A DNA stretch of 41,627 nt, taken from positions 1 to 41,627 of the IMG/VR virus record IMGVR_UViG_3300032212_000046, one strand, 5' to 3'. Shown here piece after piece: positions 36,055 to 41,627 of the stretch; positions within the stretch are counted from its first letter, which is position 1, and each line of letters begins with the position of its first letter. Origin of the DNA: a virus. Lineage: Duplodnaviria; Caudoviricetes. The position numbers and the translations under genes were made by a program. The notes beneath the pieces were generated by a model that searched no databases, was not told the DNA's origin, and saw only the letters and a list, made by a program, of their open reading frames with translations.

Positions 36055-36636
36055 ATGAAAAAATACACACGGGAAGAGCTTAATTTAATTATTTCAAAGC
36101 ATTTTAAATGGTTAAATGATGATTGCGGATCTCGCGCTAACCTTCGGGGCGCTAACCTTCGGGGCGCTAACCTTCAGGGCGCTGACCTTCGGGGCGCTAA
36201 CCTTCGGAGCGCTAACCTTCAGGGCGTCAACCTTCGGAACGCTAACCTTTGGGACGCTAACCTTCGGGGCGCTAACCTTCAGGGCGTCAACCTTCGGGAC
36301 GCTAACCTTCGGGACGCTAACCTTCGGGGCGCTAACCTTCGGAGCGCTAACCTTCAGGGCGTCAACCTTCGGGACGCTAACCTTTGGGGCGCTAACCTTT
36401 GGTCATTGATCGGCAACAAGAAAAACATTAAATCACTTCAGTTGGAAAAATACGATATTTGCTATACATCAGAGGTGTTGCAAATAGGATGTGAACAACA
36501 TTCTATAAAAGCATGGTTTGAATTCAGTGATGATGAAATAGCAAGAATGGAAGATGGCGCTCTAGAGTGGTGGAATAAGTGGAAAGTGTTTATAAAAACA
36601 GCTATAGAGCTATCACCAGCAGAGCCAACAATATGA
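36055..36636 (+). CDS. pentapeptide repeat protein
   Basis: 18 A(N/D)L(R/Q/W)x repeats with C-terminal LQIGCEQH...WW.KWK domain. Confidence 0.92.
   Translation: MKKYTREELNLIISKHFKWLNDDCGSRANLRGANLRGANLQGADLRGANLRSANLQGVNLRNANLWDANLRGANLQGVNLRDANLRDANLRGANLRSANLQGVNLRDANLWGANLWSLIGNKKNIKSLQLEKYDICYTSEVLQIGCEQHSIKAWFEFSDDEIARMEDGALEWWNKWKVFIKTAIELSPAEPTI
36136..36402. repeat. 15-bp tandem repeat, 18 units
   Basis: Consensus GCTAACCTTCGGGGC. Confidence 0.95.
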
Positions 36637-36728
36637 AAAAATCAACTAAAGAAGACATTAAATTTTGGATAGCTATTGCATTTATTATCATAGCTAAGTC
36701 TTATATCGGCTACATGGAGGGTTTATAA

Positions 36729-37436
36729 ATGAGTAATGATATTATAGTAAGCAGTGAAGATAAAATGATGAGCATGATCGAAAAGATTGCACTCGATCCA
36801 AACTCAAATACTGAAAAAATTCAGCAAATAATAGACATGCAGGCGCAAATTTTCGATAAAAACGCTCAAATTGAATACAATAAATCTATGGTTCAGTGTC
36901 AGCAAAAAATGCCAAAAGTGGTATCAAACCGGGTAAATAAACAAACATCCAGTACATATTCTACACTATCGAACGTATTAGAAACAACAAAACCAGTTTA
37001 TTCTAAGTATGGATTTTCATTATCTTTTGGTAATAAAAAATCAGAAAAGACAGATCATATATGTATAACTTGTGAAGTTATGCACAAAGGAGGTCACACC
37101 AAGTATAGTGAGGTTGATTGGCCAATAGATAACAAAGGGATCGCAGGAAAAACCAACAAAACATTAATTCATGGTATGGCGTCAACTAACAGTTATGCTC
37201 AAAGATATTTAACTTGTATGATTTTCAACATAGCAATTGATGATCACGATAATGATGGGAATGGTTCTGAATCTCCAAAGCTAACAGAAAGTCAGATTTG
37301 TGATTTGCATGCACTGATAATAGAAGTTGGAGCAGATGAATCTAAATTTTGTAAGTATATGAATGTTGATTGTCTGGGCGATATATTAAACGATAATTAT
37401 AAAAGAGCGGTTCAGGTTGTGGAGTCAAAACGATGA
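36729..37436 (+). CDS. ERF-family single-strand annealing protein
   Basis: Y.TL..V....KP...KYGFSLSF, H.GGH, G.AST.SYAQRY....FNI....DNDG. Confidence 0.88.
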   Translation: MSNDIIVSSEDKMMSMIEKIALDPNSNTEKIQQIIDMQAQIFDKNAQIEYNKSMVQCQQKMPKVVSNRVNKQTSSTYSTLSNVLETTKPVYSKYGFSLSFGNKKSEKTDHICITCEVMHKGGHTKYSEVDWPIDNKGIAGKTNKTLIHGMASTNSYAQRYLTCMIFNIAIDDHDNDGNGSESPKLTESQICDLHALIIEVGADESKFCKYMNVDCLGDILNDNYKRAVQVVESKR

Positions 37437-38038
37437 TTATACTAGATGTGGAGCAAGGATCTGATGAGTGGTTTAAAGCTCGTATAGGGTTAGTGAGTGC
37501 ATCTAATTTTAGTAAAATTATTACTCCAAATGGTAAAAAATCAACTCAATACAAATCTTATATGAACACTTTAATCGCAGAAAATATGATGGATCACAAA
37601 ATAAATACTCATCAATCAGATGCGATGCTAAGAGGAATAGAATTAGAGCCAGAAGCTAGAGACTATTACGAATTTAAGACAGATTCAGAAGTTTCCCAAG
37701 TGGGATTGGTTTATATGGATGAATCAAAAACAATTTCTTGTAGTCCTGACGGATTGATGGAGAAAAAAGGGCTTGAGATAAAATGCCCCAATCCAAATAC
37801 ACAGATTGAGTATCTTAGGGATAACAAAGTCCCGGGGAAATATATTCCTCAAATTCAAGGTTCAATGTTAATAACCGGTTTGATGCAGTGGGATTTTTTA
37901 AGTTACCACCCAGAATTACAACAATTATTAATCACTGTTGAATCCGACCCTGAGTATCAAGCAAAGCTTAAGGTTTATTTAGATAGCTTTGTTGACGAAA
38001 TGAGAGAAGCAATTAATCAAATAAAAGGAATAGAATAA
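37433..38038 (+). CDS. YqaJ/lambda-type exonuclease
   Basis: EQGSDEWF.AR.G..SAS, RG.ELEPEAR..YE, CSPDGL, LEIKCP, Y.PQIQ. Confidence 0.93.
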   Translation: MIILDVEQGSDEWFKARIGLVSASNFSKIITPNGKKSTQYKSYMNTLIAENMMDHKINTHQSDAMLRGIELEPEARDYYEFKTDSEVSQVGLVYMDESKTISCSPDGLMEKKGLEIKCPNPNTQIEYLRDNKVPGKYIPQIQGSMLITGLMQWDFLSYHPELQQLLITVESDPEYQAKLKVYLDSFVDEMREAINQIKGIE

Positions 38039-38964
38039 TGAATGAGCAATTAATAACAATTAAAGACAAAAACATTTTACAGGTATTTACTCAAGATAAA
38101 GGGTTAGATCCTTATGTTGAAATGATTAAAAAAGAAGTCAGAGAGTTTAACCACGACCTTGATACAGATAAAGGAAGAAAAGCCACAGCTTCATTAGCTG
38201 CTAAGGTTGCAAGATCAAAAACTTACCTTGATGGGTTAGGTAAAGCTCTGGTTAGCGATTGGAAGGCTAAGGCTAAAGTTGTAGATGGAAGCAGGAAAAT
38301 AATGCGCGATCAGCTTGATGAACTAAAAAAAGAAGCTAGAAAACCTCTCGACGAATGGGAAGCACTAGAAGAGAAAAAAATAAAAGCAGAGAAAGAAAGG
38401 CTAGAAAAAGAAAAGCTGTCTATTCAGTTTGAAAACGATCACGAATTTGCTTTACTGTTGAATAAACAACACGATCAAGATGTTTTAGAAAAAATTCGCA
38501 TTGAACGTAAAGCAGAAGAAGAACATAAGAGAATTGCCGATATTAAACAAAAAGAGCGCGATGAGCGTATTGCAGGAGAGGCTAGAGAAAGCGCTGAAAA
38601 AGAAAAAATTGAGGCTGAGGCTAGAGCTAAGCAAGCGGAAATTGACAAAATACAAGCTCAAAAACAAGCAAAGATTGACGCTGAGTTGGCAGAAAAAGCA
38701 GCAAAAGAAGCGGAAGATAGACGACTAAAAGATATTAAAGAAGCCGAGGATCGCTCTAGAATTGCAGAGAAAAAACGAATTGATGAAGAAAAAAGACTAG
38801 AGAAAGAAAAAAAAGAAAAGCTTGAAGCCAACAAAAGACATGTCGGTAAGGTTCGTGGGGAAATTAAAGATCACTTAATTCAGTCATGCGGACTAGATAA
38901 CGATTTAGCCAAAAAAGTTGTTATCGCGTTAACCAAAACAAATAGAGTGACTATTAACTACTAG
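38038..38964 (+). CDS. TolA-like coiled-coil phage protein
   Basis: TDKGRKATASLAAKVARSKTYLDGLGK...RKPLDEWE then Glu/Lys/Ala-rich heptads. Confidence 0.8.
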   Translation: MNEQLITIKDKNILQVFTQDKGLDPYVEMIKKEVREFNHDLDTDKGRKATASLAAKVARSKTYLDGLGKALVSDWKAKAKVVDGSRKIMRDQLDELKKEARKPLDEWEALEEKKIKAEKERLEKEKLSIQFENDHEFALLLNKQHDQDVLEKIRIERKAEEEHKRIADIKQKERDERIAGEARESAEKEKIEAEARAKQAEIDKIQAQKQAKIDAELAEKAAKEAEDRRLKDIKEAEDRSRIAEKKRIDEEKRLEKEKKEKLEANKRHVGKVRGEIKDHLIQSCGLDNDLAKKVVIALTKTNRVTINY

Positions 38965-39083
38965 GTAACTTATGAGCAAGCTGCAATGGAAACAAAACCA
39001 GAACAATCGAAACAATAAGTTTTACGATGATTATATTAACAAGCAATTCAATTCATTTTTAAGAAAACACGTAGAGGCTATAA

Positions 39084-39569
39084 ATGGCAAATGATTTAAA
39101 CAGATGCGAATTCATAGGAAATGTAGGGACGGTTGAAACAAGATTTACTCCTGACGGTAAGGCTATAACAAGTTTATCTATTGCATCAAATGAAAGCTGG
39201 AAGGGTAGAGACGGTAAGAAGGTCGAAAAATGCAACTGGATACCAGTGACTATATTTGGCAAGCTAGCTGAAATATCTCAAAAGTATGTAAAAAAAGGGG
39301 ATAAGATTTACATCGCTGGGAAATTCACGGTTGAAAAGTATCAAGATAAAAACACAGGGCAGGATAAATATTCTACAAAGATTATAGTTGATGGGTTTAA
39401 CGGTCAGATGCAAATGCTAGGAAGTAAGGCTGATAGCAATCAAAGCGGAAAACCTGCACAGCAACAAAGCCAATCATCAGAAAGCATTCAATACCAAAAA
39501 GATTACATGGAAGCGCAGCAACAATCCGGTGATTTTAACAACTCATTTGATAGCGAGATCCCGTTTTGA
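39084..39569 (+). CDS. ssb: single-stranded DNA-binding protein
   Basis: OB-fold motifs and acidic C-terminus FDSEIPF. Confidence 0.95.
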   Translation: MANDLNRCEFIGNVGTVETRFTPDGKAITSLSIASNESWKGRDGKKVEKCNWIPVTIFGKLAEISQKYVKKGDKIYIAGKFTVEKYQDKNTGQDKYSTKIIVDGFNGQMQMLGSKADSNQSGKPAQQQSQSSESIQYQKDYMEAQQQSGDFNNSFDSEIPF

Positions 39570-39570
39570 T

Positions 39571-39969
39571 ATGAACTTTTCTCAAATAATAAGATACAAA
39601 AACGAAGGCATTCATAAAGAGCGAATATTTAATTATGTTGAAAATCTTATCGTATCTGAAAAAGTAGAATATGAGTGCATAATTAAGCCATACAAGAAGG
39701 GTAAATCATTAGAGCAGCTTGGGTATTATTGGACTGCCGTTATCTCAACAGCAAGAGAATGGCAAGGGCTAACAGTCGATGAAGCTGATGTATTTCTAAA
39801 AAGCAATTGCTGTACGCCAATTTACAAAGAGATATTCGGAGAAACATACGAAATAAGAAAGTCGATCGCAAAAATGAAAATTAACGAAATGGCAAAGTAT
39901 ATCGATGATTGCGTAAACTTTCTTGGTAGCCACGGTCAAGCAGTACCACCGCCACACTATAAGGAATAA
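39571..39969 (+). CDS. NinB-like recombination protein
   Basis: KSLEQLGYYW and SIAKMKINEMAKYID pattern; follows ssb. Confidence 0.65.
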   Translation: MNFSQIIRYKNEGIHKERIFNYVENLIVSEKVEYECIIKPYKKGKSLEQLGYYWTAVISTAREWQGLTVDEADVFLKSNCCTPIYKEIFGETYEIRKSIAKMKINEMAKYIDDCVNFLGSHGQAVPPPHYKE

Positions 39970-39974
39970 ACAAA

Positions 39975-40271
39975 ATTAGTAAAATCAACAAACAATGGAG
40001 AGACGAGCAAGGACACCTGCCTGAATGCTTAAAAGACTTTCATGATGCCAAGTCTTTATTTAGAACGCTATCGGTATATTTTGATAATTCTGAAGAGTGC
40101 CCTGTTAATTGGATTGATGCTCATGTATTCACAATAGATTACTTTCTTTGGTTTATGGCTATTCATGGGTACAAACTAACAAAGACTACAGCGGATGTAG
40201 AAGTCACTGATTTGAAGGAAACTATTAAGGAGTTCGATCCTAGAAATCAAAGAAAAAATTACAATGAATAA
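39975..40271 (+). CDS. phage hypothetical protein with apparent ATT start
   Basis: 98-residue open frame (HLPECLKDFHDAK...HVFTIDYFLWFMA.HGYKL); AAGGA SD 9 nt before ATT; in-frame stop at 39960. Confidence 0.6.
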   Translation: MSKINKQWRDEQGHLPECLKDFHDAKSLFRTLSVYFDNSEECPVNWIDAHVFTIDYFLWFMAIHGYKLTKTTADVEVTDLKETIKEFDPRNQRKNYNE

Positions 40272-40286
40272 AAGAGAGTTAATCAA

Positions 40287-40487
40287 ATGAGAATATTAGA
40301 TTTAATGCTTATTATCTGCTTAATCGGATTAGTGTTGACAGCATTTATAAACAAACGTAATTATGAATTTTTGATTGATGAACTAAAAAAAGGTCAGCCT
40401 GAGATATTATGCAATAAACAAGGCTTAGATCACAAAACAAGCGTTTATCAAGTAAAGAAAAAACAAATAATCATATGGTGTGAATAA
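40287..40487 (+). CDS. small membrane-anchored protein
   Basis: Hydrophobic N-terminus. Confidence 0.55.
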   Translation: MRILDLMLIICLIGLVLTAFINKRNYEFLIDELKKGQPEILCNKQGLDHKTSVYQVKKKQIIIWCE

Positions 40488-40675
40488 TGGATAAAATATA
40501 CACAGTAGAGCAGCAAGATAAAGTGTCCAGGCTAATAACTAACATTAGATTTTATGCTGACAGAGTAACAATTTTAAGAAATGACAGCGTAAAAGACAGA
40601 AATATATTGCAAGAAAAATGTGATGACTTGATGAATTACGTTGATAGCGTCGAAAAGGAAATGAATAATGGATAA
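40487..40675 (+). CDS. hypothetical protein
   Basis: TAATG-coupled. Confidence 0.55.
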   Translation: MDKIYTVEQQDKVSRLITNIRFYADRVTILRNDSVKDRNILQEKCDDLMNYVDSVEKEMNNG

Positions 40676-40850
40676 CATAGATAATATACACTTTTTCGAG
40701 AATAAAGACTTTAATCCTAAAGTCGATAATATGGTCATATTGTTCTATGGGGGGGCAATTATAAGAGATACTTTAACTCTCGACACGGCTATTATCAATA
40801 CTAATATTAAAACCCATAAAATTATATCTAAACTGGTTAAAGTGGATTAA
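40668..40850 (+). CDS. hypothetical protein
   Basis: AAGGA SD; overlapping start. Confidence 0.5.
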   Translation: MDNIDNIHFFENKDFNPKVDNMVILFYGGAIIRDTLTLDTAIINTNIKTHKIISKLVKVD

Positions 40851-40861
40851 CGGCAAACCAA

Positions 40862-41431
40862 ATGGCTCTATCAACTCTCAAGTGTATATCGTGCAAAGAA
40901 AGATTCAAGCGCGAGACAATGATTAAAAAGCCGATTGGTAATTTCTGTTCAACGGATTGCATTATTGATTACGCCCAACGAAAAGGCAAAAAACTTTTAG
41001 AGAAAAAAGCAAAAAAAGAACAGAGTTTAAGAAAGAGACTATTTTATGCAAGCGATTTAAAAACACGCAAGAAAGCTGCTAAATTAGCTTGTCACAGGTA
41101 TATTAAAGAGAGAGATAAAGGGTTACCATGCATTTGTTGTAATAGACCGTTAAACGGGAAAATAGACGCTGGGCACTACCTGGAGAGTGGCAACAATCCA
41201 CAAATAAGATACGACGAAGACAACATTCACTCGCAAAGCGTATACTGTAATCAATATCAAGGCGGAAATAGCGACGATTATCGAGGAAACCTGATTAAAA
41301 AGATAGGATTGAAAAGGATTGAAAGGCTGGAAAGCATGAAGGGTGGGACAGTAAAGAGAACCTGCGATGATTACAAAGAAATAGAGAATTATTACAAAGC
41401 GAAGTTAAATAAAATAACCATTGACAAGTGA
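40862..41431 (+). CDS. ninG: NinG/Rap-family junction endonuclease
   Basis: CISC...FCS.DC, YIKERDKGLPCICC, DAGHY, RYDEDNIHSQ...CNQY.GGN...YR.NLI.KIG. Confidence 0.92.
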   Translation: MALSTLKCISCKERFKRETMIKKPIGNFCSTDCIIDYAQRKGKKLLEKKAKKEQSLRKRLFYASDLKTRKKAAKLACHRYIKERDKGLPCICCNRPLNGKIDAGHYLESGNNPQIRYDEDNIHSQSVYCNQYQGGNSDDYRGNLIKKIGLKRIERLESMKGGTVKRTCDDYKEIENYYKAKLNKITIDK

Positions 41432-41449
41432 CCGGTCACAAGATATAAT
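41421..41449 (+). promoter_or_regulatory. perfect-consensus sigma70 promoter with palindromic operator
   Basis: TTGACA (41421-26), 17 bp, TATAAT (41444-49); GTGACCGGTCAC palindrome at 41428-39. Confidence 0.9.
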
Positions 41450-41486
41450 AGGTACAAGTTAAGAGAAAGACCGACCGGAGATAAAA

Positions 41487-41627
41487 ATGAAAGACTTCAC
41501 TATTCAACAGCTTAAAGACGCAATGATTGAGTTATATAACAAAAAGGATGATGCTAGCGGTGCAGCTTATAGATTAGCATTTGATATGCTTGAATCAAAA
41601 ATGGATGATGATGATTTTGATCAATTT
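41487..41627 (+). CDS. acidic hypothetical protein spanning the contig junction (stop at 117-119)
   Basis: GGAG SD; MKDFTIQQLKDAMIELYNKKDDASGAAYRLAFDMLESKMDDDDFDQFLDAYNI reads across the overlap. Confidence 0.7.
   Translation, partial: MKDFTIQQLKDAMIELYNKKDDASGAAYRLAFDMLESKMDDDDFDQF
41530..41627. repeat. 98-bp direct terminal repeat, copy 2
   Basis: Identical to 1-98. Confidence 0.95.

Noticed and set aside
36116-36409. Second-frame ORF of ALTFG repeats, and the array as a possible CRISPR
   Set aside because: It is a by-product of a stop-free 15-bp tandem repeat; there are no unique spacers and no cas genes.

Overview
This looks like an essentially complete dsDNA tailed phage genome of about 41.5 kb. 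Bases 1-98 are identical to 41530-41627, so the contig is circular. All credible genes are on the + strand. Gene order: small accessory genes including a Lar-type protein; a lysis block with holin-like proteins and i/o-spanins but no recognisable endolysin; Sf6/P22-type terminases, portal, a GroES co-chaperonin, scaffold and major capsid protein; a P22-like short tail (gp4-, gp10-, gp14-like and three ejection proteins) and a mosaic tailspike; then a long early region (T5orf172 nuclease, stand-alone DnaT-like protein, adenine and cytosine methylases, YopX, ASCH, Cro-like HTH, pentapeptide repeat protein, ERF, YqaJ exonuclease, SSB, NinB, NinG). I see no integrase, CI repressor, Q antiterminator, polymerase, primase, helicase or full-length initiator. 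Spanins and sigma70 promoters imply a Gram-negative host (probably gammaproteobacterial; inference). The most unexplained signal is two non-coding islands in the early region (about 28690-29030 and 30080-30960). They hold at least eight back-to-back structured units, each closed by a long G-U-tolerant stem. One unit encloses a tRNA-like T-arm/acceptor/ACCA, two share a hairpin-ATACT core, and two have pseudoknot or switch pairings. This suggests a processed small-RNA array and/or an RNA-primed replication origin. All protein calls come from motif recognition by eye, not database searches.
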